Below, piece by piece: positions 25,195 through 37,200 of a DNA stretch of 64,000 bases (positions are counted from its first letter, which is position 1; every line of letters starts with the position of its first letter). Below the pieces are notes generated by a model, which was not told where the DNA came from, ran no database searches, and was given only the letters and a program-made list of their open reading frames with translations. The position numbers and the translations under genes were made by a program. This DNA is from Podarcis tiliguerta (lineage: Eukaryota). Location: NCBI GenBank assembly GCA_965153285.1, contig OZ229110.1. The stretch is one strand, 5' to 3'.

Positions 25195-25339
25195 TGCAAG
25201 TTCCCCTTTAACAAAAAAGCAGTAGGAAGTAGAAGGGTAAGCATTCTTGCAACATTCATTCTTCACCACTTCTCCAAGCAATTGAAACAATCAGATAAGG
25301 GATTGCCAGGTCATTGACGGCTAGCCCTGTTGACTATGC

Positions 25340-25530
25340 TGTGCTTCCATTGTCAGAGGCATGGATATTCAGAAGTGTCCATTGCTGGAAGCATCCTGGG
25401 GGAGAGTGCTCTTGTGCTTGTGTCCTGCTTGCCAGTTTCCTACAGGAATCTGTTTGGCTTCCGTGAGAACAGGATGCTGGAACAAATGGGCTATCGGGTT
25501 GATGCAGCAGGCTTGTCTCATGTTCTTAAG
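25340..25530 (+). mobile_element. CR1-type 3' UTR fragment
   Basis: GAGAACAGGATGCTGGA...GCAGGCT...TGTTCTTA. Same family at 8340-8525, 28300-28640 (-), 51925-52050 and 61860-62100 (-). Confidence 0.7.
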
Positions 25531-26165
25531 GTCAGTGATGGAGAAAGGAGTATTGACAGGGAAGTCAAGGGGCGCAAGGACAGTGCCAGACAGAACCTTC
25601 CCCTCAGCTCCTACAGCACTAAGCAGAAAGTAGAGCAGGGAAGGGACCTCTAGGAAGGACTACAAAAAGGTGTAGCACCACACTTGTTGATGTGGGTTGT
25701 GCCATCTTGCCCAGTTCTGCAGCACTCTGTTTGAACTAACAGCAGTTACCAAGGGGAATGGCACAGTCCCCCCGTGCCTTGCGGCTGTCAGGCTACCTCT
25801 TGTGTTTTTGTGATTTAATCTTTAATATAGCCAATCGTATGCCTTCGAACCTCGATCTGAAATGTCTCAACAGCCCCTGACTGCCTCTGCTTGGTCCCAT
25901 GCTGTGCTTCTCAGATTGTTGATCCATAATGTTAAAAAATGTAGGTCTGCAAGTCCTGGGCCCTGTTCCCGTTTTGGACTTTAAGGATGGACAAACAGGG
26001 AATGAAGGTCTCTAGGAGAGAAGTAATCAGTGAAAAAAAGAAAGCAGAGCACAGTTGCCAGGTTGAACTGGGGCCGGGAAAGGCAAGCAAGAGAAGGCCA
26101 CAATCAGTGCCGAAGAGTCACGTCTAATAACACTGCAGCATGGATGGGTTTAAAGCCGTTCCGCC

Positions 26166-26179
26166 GTTTCCATAGAAAC
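26166..26179. promoter_or_regulatory. RFX X-box-like site
   Basis: GTTTCCATAGAAAC. Confidence 0.35.
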
Positions 26180-26864
26180 AGCATGTGTAAGAGCTGACTT
26201 TGAGAGGCTTCAGAAGGTGAAAAGCAAGGAGAGGCATACTCGCCTCATGGGGGCTTTGAATTACAGATAACTATGCCGTCCCCAGTTTAGACGTTCTCCC
26301 TGAACTGAAGCCAAGAGAGACCCCTGCCAGGACATCCTACATTTCCCTCAACATGGAAGACGGTCCCAAGGAGAAATGGTTCTCCTCTTTCGCCTCACAT
26401 TGCGTGTCTTGGGTTTCCTATCTCGTTAAATGGAGAAAGCACTGAAGAACACAGCCTTCTGTGGATGAGGGGAGGAAGCGGAGTCTGTTGAAAACCGCTT
26501 TCAGACTGTGACAGTAGAAAGCATTTCTCACCCTTTTCCCTTTTTCCCTTGCCTTCGGTATTTGTGCTCTCCGTATGCCTTCTTCCCAGGCTCTGCCTCA
26601 TTTTGTTTTCCGGTAAATCATTTCCCCCACCTGCAGTCAGAAGTTCAATCAATCTTCTGCAGTACAATTTTATTATTTGCAGACCTTGATGCTTGATCCA
26701 AAACCATGCTCCCTAATTGGAGAATGGCTGCATGCACACCACACATTTAAAGCACATTGCTTCCTCCAAAGCATCGTGGGAGCTATCGTTTAGGCCTTAG
26801 ACAATAATAATTCCTAGCACCCTTAACAAATCACAGGGCCTAGATTCTTCAGGATGCTCTAAAT

Positions 26865-27109
26865 CAGGGGTCAGCAACCTTTTTCAGCCATGGGCCGGTC
26901 CACCGTCCCTCAGACCATGTGGTGGGCCAGACTATATTTTGAAGAGTAAGGGGGGGAGAACGAATTCCTATGCCCCATAAATAACCCAGAGATGCATTTT
27001 AAATAAAATGACACATTCTACTCATGTAAAAACACACTGATTCCGCAGGCCGGATTGAGAAGGCGAATGGGCTGCATCCAGCCCCTGGGCCTTACGTTGC
27101 CTACCCCTC
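26865..27109 (+). mobile_element. hAT (Charlie-like) MITE nested in a palindromic MITE
   Basis: CAGGGGTCAGCAA ... TTGCCTACCCCTC; perfect 8-bp TSD CTCTAAAT; second copy at 46410-46652. Confidence 0.92.
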
Positions 27110-27352
27110 CTCTAAATGTACACAGCCTCAGCATGGTGAAGCGCTTAATGTACCAGACAAGCCCTGGGGAGACCCCATTCAGCCATGAAGCTTGCCAGCT
27201 GAACTTAGGCCTGTTGTGGTCTCTCAGCCTCACCTTCCTCACATGGTTGTTGTAAAGTGTGTTGCCTTGAACCTTAACGGAAGGAAAACAGGATGTAAAT
27301 AAGTTATCTCAGGTGTAATAATAAATAATCTCAGGTGTCATGGACTCACTAG

Positions 27353-27489
27353 CAGGGCTTTTTTTTCCTCCCCAGCCAGAACTTGACGGAACTCAGTTCC
27401 AGCACCTCTCAGGTGGGCGCCATTGCTGTTCTAAGAGAATGACATTCATGGTGAGTTCCAGCACCTCTTTTTATAGAAAAATAGCACTG
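27353..27489. mobile_element. hAT-like MITE
   Basis: CAGGGCTTTTTTT ... AAAAATAGCACTG ends; internal AGTTCCAGCACCTCT occurs twice; TSD not clear. Confidence 0.6.
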
Positions 27490-28439
27490 CCTAGCTATGG
27501 TTTTTGAAGGTACTTCATGCATTTGGCAAAGGTGAACCTAACCTTCATCTAAAGAGTATGTGCTCAACTGAAATGGTACCAGAGACAAACAACCATTCAT
27601 GAGTGTACCTATATGGTTTCATACATTTGTTGCATTCACAGCTGCATGTTTCAGTGGACACCAGAACATCTAATATGTATATCTTTGTGAAAAAGTGATG
27701 TTTGAAGCGGCCCTCAGTGGTGAAGAAAGAGCACCCTGCCCATACTTATAGAGGCAATTTTCTCCAGCCATGTCACAAAAGCAGAGAAAGGATTAAAAAA
27801 GAGTTCCACATAACGCATGGAAGCAAAGGTTCAGCAGCCTAACAGCATCTTTTGAAACTGGTTCCTGAAGTGATAGTTTGTAATTTAGAGATATTCTCTT
27901 ATCTGGAACACTGCTCAACCTTTTCTCAGAAATTAGTAATTCGTGAACATGCCCCAGGTCAGTGGGACTGTTGGAGCAGAGGAAGGACTGAGATTGCTGA
28001 CTGATTCCGCAGATTAAAGTTGTGTTTTATGCCTGTCCTCAATCTGTGATTTATATTTATAGACCCAAATCATTCCAATTCCAGGGCCTCTGATGAGCCC
28101 TGGTTCAGATTAAGCAGTGAAGCATCTTCTTCTGTTTTCCTAACTGTAAACAGGGCTTGATGGAAGATAAGCCATTTTCTCCTGGTGTGAGTATAAAAAG
28201 AAGTTCCATAAACCTGCATTATCTGTGTAAAATGAGGCTAGGTCTTTCTAAAAAAGCTGCTAGTGGAGGACTGAAATTTGCCTCTGTGGCCTCTTCCGGA
28301 CATCTAGTCAAGCATCCTGTTCTCACAGTGGCCAACTAGAAGCCTGAGGGAAGCCTGCAAAGAAGGACTTGAGCTCAAGAGCCCTCTCCCCTCCTGAGGT
28401 TTTTACTAACTGGTATTCAGAAGCATTACTGCTTCCCAC

Positions 28440-28629
28440 CAGGGGTGCCAATTCAAATGAAATATTAGCGGGAGCAGGTAAGCCCTGCCCTGCATAATTA
28501 ATCACATGATGCAGCACACACACACATCATTTGAATGGCAAGGATCATCAACTTTGGGGATCCAGGCCCCCTCAAATATTTTATTGGGAGAGCCAAATGG
28601 ACCTTGGCCCCTCAGAGTTGGCTCCTGTG
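28440..28629. mobile_element. hAT-like MITE nested in a CR1 3' UTR
   Basis: CAGGGGTGCCAA ... TTGGCTCCTGTG; degenerate TSD CTTCCCAC/CCTCTGAC. Confidence 0.6.
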
Positions 28630-28644
28630 CCTCTGACTGTTAGC

Positions 28645-29264
28645 TGTGGGGTGTATTATTACTAGAGCAGTCAAGTGCAACATTTTCCCGTTGCCTCAAA
28701 TGGACACACAGGGGAATGTTGCTCCAGACAGGGAGGACTTCCTGTCATATCTACTCTGCAACTTCCTCCCCCTGCGTGTGACCAGGTAGATGGGCCTGAC
28801 CCTAGCTGACCAGATAAAAGGGCTGGCCACGCAAGTATCTCTCTCTTGGTCTCTTACTCCCTTACTTTTGGAGTCTCCTGGCTCTTAGCCAGCACGTGGC
28901 TCGACCTTCACACAGGGTGGAGCCCACAAGAAGTGTCTGAGATGTAACTCAGACTTCTTTTCACTGTAGCTACAAGATAAAGCCTGCCTTCAGATTACTA
29001 CTGTGAACTGGGTGTGAATAAAACTTAATTCTTACTTTTAAAGAAGACCATGTGGCGTTGTTATTATTTTAAGAGGGAAATAAAGGGGAAACTTACCAGG
29101 AACAATCCAGACTGGATTGCTTCATAAAAGGATTCGAGCGAATCATCAACTTGCTCCCAATAAGTGGCAAAGGGAATGTGCTCTGCTCTTTACTCACTCG
29201 CGTGAGTGAGGAAGGATAATATCAAAACAATACATCCTCTCCTACCTTCCTTGACGTTCCCACA
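28645..29264 (+). mobile_element. solo LTR, 620 bp
   Basis: TGTGGG...CCCACA termini; perfect 5-bp TSD TTAGC; GATAAAAG and AATAAA; shares blocks with 6127-6722 (ACTTCCTCC..GTGACCAG, TATTTTAAGAGGGAA..AAAGGGGAAA..TTACCAG, ATCCTCTCCT). Confidence 0.92.
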
Positions 29265-30415
29265 TTAGCTGCCCCTAGCACTTACCACTTTCTTAGCCCA
29301 CATTTATATTGCACCAACAGACCTTTGGAATGGTACTTTTCCATTTGCATGAAAACACATGCACATTAAAAAGTAAGAAGGAATGTAAGAGAAAGCTTGA
29401 GAAGGAAACATACAAGCCATGCAATTTTTATCTTCAGGAACGTGGAAATGCATTAGACATCTGAGCTCAGCAAATCAAGGAAGCCCCATCCATATTTCAT
29501 CTTTATATTCTGAACTGAAACTGCAGCAGACAAAAAAAAAGAGTCTGGAAAGATCGACAGTTAATTGGAAATGTTACATCTGCTTATATGCAGAAGGCAT
29601 AAATATTTATACCCTGAAGACTGGTTTTGGGGTTTGCTCCTAAGTAGTAAAGAAAGAATTATATCTTGAAGAAAGAGTCCCCTTTCCTTTCCCCCTTTCT
29701 CTCCCCACCACTTTAGTAAATGTGAGTAGTTTTTTTATTCCCTTAAATGGGAGCACTCTGCTCTGTGTCTTCCTTTTATTTATTCATTCCCGCTGACTTC
29801 AGTACGGAATTGCATAGACTGTATAGGTACCACAAAGACCAAATGCGTTGGCTTCTCATTATGAAGTGAGAATGAGGGGAACAAGCCTGAAAGGAGCAAG
29901 TTGCAAGCTTTTGTGGGGGTGGGAATGGCTCAGAAATGCCTGCTGTTGTGCAAACTTTTTAAAAAGTCCATTTCCAGTCAGAATACAGGATGATCAGTGA
30001 AGATGTCAATGGACAATCTCAATGTTAAATGCAGCTTAGGAAAAACACTGGTAAACAAACAAGCAAAAATCCCCTGACATCTATGGCTGCTCCAAAAGGG
30101 CCTGTTTATTGAGCATTCATCCTGATTTGTTTGAAGAGAGATTAGACTACGGTGGCTACTTAATGTGCATTCATCCTGATTCCTTCGTGGGGAGATTTTA
30201 GACTGCAGTGCATAAAAGCAAGTGTCACCCCACATTTAGCAGTGCATTTTCCCTTCACTTTCCATATGGAAAAAATAAATCTCATCTTATTGGGAGGAGG
30301 AGTTTGTTTCAAATCAGCTCTCTTTTTGCAACCTGAACTTGCTGGTTTGTAATTAAATTCCATCTTAAAAATAGGAACAATTGGTGGTGTTTGGCTTTGC
30401 AAAGATGAAAAGGAA

Positions 30416-30547
30416 ATGAGCTCAGTTGGTTGGAGCATGATGCTGATAATGCCCAGGTTGCAGGTTCAGGGACAGCTTCATATTCCTCCATTGAAGGGGG
30501 TTGGACTTAAATGATCCTCAGGGCCCTTTCCAACTCTATGATTCTAT
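30416..30547 (+). mobile_element. SINE: tRNA-Ile-like head + CR1 tail
   Basis: GAGCTCAGTTGGTTGGAGCATGATGCTGATAATGCCCAGGTTGCAGGTTC...TTCCAACTCTATGATTCTAT. Confidence 0.85.
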
Positions 30548-30779
30548 AGGAAATTTCTTCAGCCTTTTGGGATATTGGATCACAGGTAGATATTTTTGAG
30601 AAAATATTAATGTGTGGTGAAATAGGCGAGAGTGTTCTTGGGTGTATTCTGCCTAGTTGCTTGATGTGTGGATACCACCCTGTCAGCTACGATTTCCATA
30701 TCTTCAAACAGCCAGGAGAGAAATGCATATCTTCTGGGAGAACTTCCATAATCTATTAAAAACATACAGAGAAGAACAG

Positions 30780-30925
30780 AGAAGAATCCTGTTGGAACAA
30801 GAAAGTCTTCCTTCACCTGCAGGCAGAAGGACAACAAAGAAGGAGTCAGTCACTCCAACTTCTCTAGGGACGGGGTTCCAAAGTCTGAGAGCAGCCCTCA
30901 AAAAGGCCTTCTCCTGTGTCCCCAA
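30780..30925 (-). mobile_element. L2-type LINE fragment
   Basis: Minus strand GTQEKAFLRAALRLWNPVPREV resembles the L2 ORF2 end. Confidence 0.6.
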
Positions 30926-31298
30926 CAATTTTGACAGATTGTGATTGCTATTCTTCATGAAATGTTTTCTCTCTTTGCTCATGCCGTTGTTCTCTACCTT
31001 TGTACTTTTATACATGAAAGAATAATAAATATATAATTTAAGGAAGAAGAAGGAGAAAGGAGACGGGTTTCATTCCCTTTACCAGTATGTCCCTGTTTGT
31101 GGCTCCCACAGCCATGCGCTTTGTATGTGAACAAGGCAGGGACACCCTGTTTCATCTCGTTTGGCTCCTGGCCCATTGCAAAGCCAGCGATTGTATAAGC
31201 CCACAAGTGAGCAAGGGGGAGACTGACGGTCCCAGCAAAAGCCCTGCCAAGAGGCCCAGGTTGTGGCAGGACCCCAGAGGCCACTGTGGAGAGCTTGG

Positions 31299-31299
<1 letters not shown>

Positions 31300-31331
<32 letters not shown>
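31300..31331. repeat. (CA)n microsatellite
   Basis: Pure CA run; a (GT)n run also lies at about 31708-31746. Confidence 0.95.
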
Positions 31332-31334
<3 letters not shown>

Positions 31335-31658
31335 CCACACAAATCCCGATCTGGATCTGACTGACACACCTCTGAGGAGGTAGGATTGACTTTTCGGAGG
31401 GGTAAGCAGCGGGAAATTACTTTCCAAGCATTCATAGTAATTTATGAAGGAAATTTCATTATGCTGTATAAGCAGGGCTGTGTGTTGGCTCTTCCCCACC
31501 CCCTCCTTCTGTTTTCTCCCCCTTTTCCCAATGCCCCAGGAATTGTGAACAAGATTTTATTTTTATTTTTGTCATAACAGATTTTCCTATGGGATTATTT
31601 CTTTGGCTCTCACTTTTCTTTCCGTTTCCACAGCAACTGCAGCTGGCTCATATGTGTA

Positions 31659-31672
31659 GTTGCCATGGCAAC
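31659..31672. promoter_or_regulatory. perfect palindromic RFX X-box
   Basis: GTTGCCATGGCAAC in unique sequence. Confidence 0.55.
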
Positions 31673-32266
31673 TCTGTAGTGTTGGAGATTTAGGAGGGTA
31701 TGTGGGGTGTGTGTGTGTGTGTGTGTGTGTGCGTGTGTGCGTGTGTTTTAAAGGATGCAATGAAGTAAAAATTAGATTAGTATTCCATATGCTTCATGTG
31801 GAGCAAAACCTGTCTTGACTCTTGAAAACAACCAGATCCTTTCCCCCATTTCTCTCCTGCTTTTATCTCCCCAGCTAAAACCAGACAATGGCTTCCTACA
31901 AAGAGATGAGCACAGGCAGAGGAACTGGATGTTGGCATTTTACCAAGCCTGCCAACTGTAAAGCACTTTTCAAAGCGCATTGGGGGAAGGAGCCAACCTT
32001 TTTGAAATGACAGGCACATGTTAGTCTGCAAGGTACTGGCTTCCTTAAGTTCATGGCTCCCTCTCCGATGAATAGGTAGAGGTGATTAAGCTCTTTGGAT
32101 ATTTTAATGGCAGCTGAAGTGGAGCACAGTCTGCTTTCTGCACCTCTCACCCGTGCTTTGCTGTTTTCCTGTGGTGGACGGATCTCTATAGGTCCGGATA
32201 TCTCATCTTAAGCACGAGAGCAAGTATTTCTTAGTATGCATGGATTTGTGCCATGTGTGCATTCAA

Positions 32267-32415
32267 GGTTGTGGACTCTCCTTCCTTGGAGGTTTTTAAG
32301 CAGAGGTTGGATGGTCATCTGTTTTGGATGCTTTAGCTGAGATTCCTGCATTGCAGGGGGCTGGACTAGACGACCGTTTGGGTCCCTTCCAACTCTACAC
32401 CTCTATGTTTCTAAG
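32267..32415 (+). mobile_element. CR1 LINE 3' end
   Basis: [15 protein letters not shown] then GAGATTCCTGCATTGCAGGGGGCTGGACTAGA...CCCTTCCAACTCTAC; tail matches the local SINE tails. Confidence 0.88.
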
Positions 32416-33038
32416 ATCTTAGTACACATACCTTCAAAAAGTGTCACCCAAGGAACTGCTCAAACGTCACTTCCCAAGGGGAACTTGATGGCACAGCCAA
32501 TGCAGCACTGCTGAACTCACCTCCTAGCAGCTGATGGGTGGCAACCTCAGCCCTGCCTTCTGCTGGAATCAATTTAGCAATCACGTTCCCTATGGGACAT
32601 TGGCTGTGCAGCTAATCCAGCGACATCTCTACCTGCACCACACCTGACATCACAAATGGGTATAGCTTTTGGGGGGACTGCCACACAGACCAAATAGGAT
32701 CTGTAGTGACCCAGATTTGGCCCAGACTGGAGGTTTTCCACTCCTGATTTAAGGTAATGATTTGCCACTGGACTGGACTAGACAATCCCAGTCTGTGATG
32801 GGCTGAATCTGGTATATCTCCCCAGCCTCTACCACATATGACTACTGCCCCCCAGTGCCTGCAAATTCATCCACCAGTGGCTGCTTGGGGTGTGGCTCTT
32901 TATCCCCATCTCCTGCTCTTCATCCCACCTGTAACTGGGACAGGATTTGCCCATCGGAGAAGATGGGCAAAGCACTCCCTGCCCCCATGCCATGCTCCAC
33001 TGCAAGGGCTTTATGTTGTGTCCTGTGGGTGCTTCACC

Positions 33039-33200
33039 TAGAATTAGAACTGTAGCACTGGAAGGGACCCTGAGGGTCATTCAAGTCCAACCCCCTGCAA
33101 TGCAGGAATCTCAACATACGGTCTCCCATCCACTTTGAAACCATACCAGACCCTGCTTAGCTTTGCAAACGTGCTCACAGTTCTACTGCTACACCACCGG
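33039..33200 (-). mobile_element. 5S-rRNA-derived SINE with CR1 tail
   Basis: Minus strand AAGCTAAGCAGGGTC-N17-GGATGGGAGACCG matches 5S rRNA box A and box C at native spacing, fused to GAGATTCCTGCATTGCAGGGGGTTGGACT...CCCTTCCA. Confidence 0.8.
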
Positions 33201-33884
33201 GGTGGCATCAAACAAAGTCACCCCAGATGGGATGCAAACCCACAATCCCTGTCTTAGGAGGCTGGTGCCTTATCCATTTTGTATAAATCTGGTGGGATAA
33301 GCAAGTGGCATTCAACTGGAAAGAGCAGTGCTGAGGACCAGCTGCCCATCTCATCTTATATGGGCCTCCTACCAGCCCATTCTGGCAGAGACCTTCACTA
33401 GCAAGGGGGGAAGCTAAATTAACCATGCCAAGAGGAGTACGTAAAGCATCTCTGTTGGCAGCAGCTGGCAGGGAAATGTGGGGCAACAGAGAAATCAAGT
33501 GATTGGCATAGAGAACATACTAAACTCAGCTTAGTCTGGATTGGAGTGGCTCTGAATGATCCCTTCCAGAGAAGGACCTGCATGGTGCACTGGGGGAAAA
33601 CTGCATGAAAAGCTTTCCTTCTTCCTCATCTACTTTGCAGATTCTTTGTGCATTAATTCCCAGGTAGCGCACATCGATCCGCTGTCTGCAGTGTGCCTCC
33701 ATTCTCTCTTCCTTGTATGTCAGATGCCAGCAAATTATTACTTCCGTCAGTAATGTGCCTCTTAACTCATGCGTCCTCCACTTATAGATTCCCATTGATC
33801 AATATCCTCTCATGAGCTCTCCTCCCAATTTTTCTCATAGCTTTGGTTAGGGAACTTTTTTCAGGCCAAGGGCAGCTGTCTATT

Positions 33885-34292
33885 TAAATTGAATTTTTTA
33901 TTGGATTTTGAAAATTTTAACAAATTAAACTTCAACACAAATTTCCCTTAACGTTTCGACTTCCCACCCTTACCTCCATGATGTTTCTACTCCAGGCAGA
34001 GGCAAACTTGGACCTCCAGCTGTTTTGGGACTACAAACCCCATCGTCCCTGACCACTGGTCCTGTTAGCTAGGGATGATGGGAGTTGTAGTCCCAAAACA
34101 TCTGGAGGACTGAGTTTGCCTGTGCCTGTTCTAGTCCCACCCTTTTTCTGCTGCATTATATGGCATATTTTTTATCTAATACATATTTCCTCTACTGTCA
34201 TCTCCCCTCTGCTGCCCGTATTTCGAATCCTAACCACGACTTCACTTGACTATACCACTTTCTGAAGTAATCCAAAAAGGGTCCCCACTCTT
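33885..34292 (-). mobile_element. L1 LINE 3' end
   Basis: Minus strand EEWGPFLDYFRKWYSQVKSWLGFEIR* then a 3' UTR ending AATAAAAAA; interrupted by a MITE. Confidence 0.6.
33993..34128. mobile_element. palindromic hAT MITE, 136 bp
   Basis: CAGGCAGAGGCAAACT...AGTTTGCCTGTGCCTG, self-complementary (TGTTTTGGGACTACAA/TTGTAGTCCCAAAACA); TSD TTCTACTC/TTCTAGTC (7/8). Confidence 0.9.
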
Positions 34293-37200
34293 CAGGGGCG
34301 GCTCTCCGAGGGCATTTGCCACCTGTGGGTGGGGCTGTAGGCAAAGTGGGTGGAGCAACAAATGTAAATCCCTCTCTCCTCCATCCACATAGGGAAGAGG
34401 CGTTATCAAGAGTTCGACACATTCCAGACAGGCAAAAACACCCGAGATATGAAGCAGGGTAGTACAAGCTATGGTCTGGGGGGAGCGTGTGTGTCCTACA
34501 ACTAGTTCCAAGGGTCAGATAGGGAGGCCTGGACAGCCACATTTGACCCTGCAGGACCTGAGTTTAACCACCCCTGGGTTGCCAGCTTTCTACTGCTCCG
34601 GGTCCTGTGCTTTTAACAGTAACGAGACATGCAATAATTTAGCAGGCAAAGGTTTCACCATCGTGTTATCTCTTCACCAGAAAACGAATCCGCTTAATTT
34701 GCTTAAAGCCGAGGAACAGCACCAGCAAAGCAAAGTTGGCAGCCCTGACAATATGAATCCTCCGAAAGAAGCTTGCCTGCATGGTACTCATGCTCTCTCA
34801 TGCTCAGACATGGCCACTTTTGATCCCTGCTGAGTTTGAGTCTATGAAGAGGAGACAACAAGCCTACAGGTCTACAGCTGCAAAGGTAGGCACCAAGGTA
34901 AGCGGAGGACTGCAGCCATTTCAGGCATCCATCTTGCAGCGAGCAACACAGGCCTTATCCTGGTCCCGGCCTCCTGCTATGTGAGAGGGATGAACGCTGT
35001 AGTTCTGGGCACAGTGGTTAAAGAGATAACAGCTGTTGCCCAGGAAGGCAGTTTACCTGGAGTTTTATCCCACTGATCATTGCTGCATCTGTAGTTCCTA
35101 TTTTCACTGAATCTACAGCATCCAATTTATGTGGGGTTTTTTTTTTATAATAATAAAAAATAGACTCGTAATGTTTTTAAAATCCCCATTTCTTTTCTCC
35201 ATCCCTGTTTATGGATTGTGGAGGGTAAGAGCAAATGGAAAGGAACGAGACAGTTGTTTTCTGCCAGTGTTTGACACCTTTATTAGCTAGGTTATAGCAT
35301 GCTTCTCATAGACAGAAGATTTACACGATGGAATGCAGCCATTGTGCCTTCCCCATCCATGCAGCAACCGACAAGTATATTTCTGTCTCCGCCGCGTCTG
35401 CTGCAGTGTCACTGGCTCCCCCCCTTTCTTCTCCTATGCAATGCCTGTATTTAAAAGTGCATTTGTGTGATATGTCTCTACAATAAACTGCAGTTTTTAC
35501 AGTCTGACCTTTCCTATCAGATTGGGCCAGATAGGTGAACCAAATGGAGAGAATTATTTGGATGCAGGCAGGCTGGTTTATTGAGGCGGGGGGGGGGGGT
35601 GTTCAGCAGTGAGCTCTGGTTTTGCTCCAAGACCTGATCACCATTTATTTCAGCACAGAACTTGGAGGACTAGACAGAGTATTCTTTGGAGAGGGAAACC
35701 AACCAACAGCTGCTTTTCTTCTTCTCATACTTTATCCTCTTCAAAACTTTATATCCATTGTCAATCCACCTCTCTTTGGCCCATTTCCTGGTTTATTCCC
35801 ATTTCCTTCTTTGAAAATACTGTAAGGTTGCATACACACTCACCTGTTTGTATGCGGAAAAGTATAGTTTTTCCTCAATCCAGAATCGTTCGTGTTCGTC
35901 TTCAACATGCTGCTTTCAATCTAGGTTGTTTCTAGATCCTGCCACCCACATGAGTGGCTGTGGCTACTTGAAAACCCTCCTCTTGATTAGGATAGCTGCA
36001 CCTTTTTCTCCCTGCACATGCCTTAGGTGAATAAAAAAGGAAGTGGCGATTGCGATCTTGGTATATGCCCAACCATAACATCATTTGACAGGTGTGGACA
36101 CACTGCTGGATAGCGTGGAATCAAACTGCAAGGACATTTTAAGTTTGGAATGAAACTAGTTTCTCAATCAGAACTTTCCAAGGGCAGAAAATATGCCATA
36201 GATCTAGATTTTGTGTGTGGACCATGTTGGAAAAAACAAGTACTCTGTTTTCATTGATTCCAGAATAAAATGTTGCATGTCCGCAGCCCAAGCCAATGTT
36301 TGTTAAACAACCAGATGAGCTCTCCTCCTTCTGTCAAAAAATCCTTTATATCTTGACATCTATGCTGTTGGCTCAGTCAGCCCCATCATCTTATAAAGTG
36401 ATGGATTATATCTCTTGCTGTTCTAATATAGCAGTAAATGAAAGATTCACACTCAGACACTCACACCATGCAACATCTCCTAATGTTCTCTGGGAAAATC
36501 TCTTAGTTATGCCTGAACAGGAGGGCTTAAGTTCTGTAGCTAGTAAACTACTGCTTTGGGGAAATCTGACAGACCCAATACCCATCAATGCTCCAAAAAA
36601 TATGAGAAACAAGGATAAGTAAAAACAAGAGGAAGGTAGGCAGAAGCTACCCAAGAAAAGCAATGGGAGCAATTCAGCTATTCAGTACACCAACTGATCA
36701 AAATAAGGAAAGGAATAATAACCTTAAAAACTCAACAAAATAAGAATTACTTGAGCAGAGGATGCCAGGTACAATGAAGCTGCACTCTCTCGAGTCAGGA
36801 GAGGTCTCCATCCCTGATTTATTGCTTCATTTGCACCCACCCTGCTAGCTCAAAATATACTTCTTGAGAGGATATTCTTATGGCACAGAGACGTCAGCAA
36901 AGCCAAGGTATAAGTGGTGCAGATGGCAAAAGTCCTGTGTCACAAAACACTTCATCCTCACATCAGCTTTGTGAGAAAAGCCGAGAAAGGATGAGTAGCT
37001 CAAAGTCATACAATGACCTTCATGGCTGAGCAGAAATTTGAAGTCAGGTCTGCTTGTTCCAAATCAAGCATTCTCTCCCCTAAGCCAGACTGGCTGATGG
37101 TGTGTGTGTGTGTGCATTTATTGTCTCTCCAAAATTGCTGTGTGTCCCATTAAGGAAAATACATGAGTATGCATACATCTTCCCCAATGAAACAGCTTTG

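Noticed and set aside
6127-29264. A single 23-kb provirus bounded by the two LTRs
   Set aside because: Each LTR has its own distinct TSD, they are highly diverged, and no gag/pol lies between them.
33119-33163. 5S rRNA gene
   Set aside because: Only box A and box C match; the 5' half and 3' end of 5S are absent.
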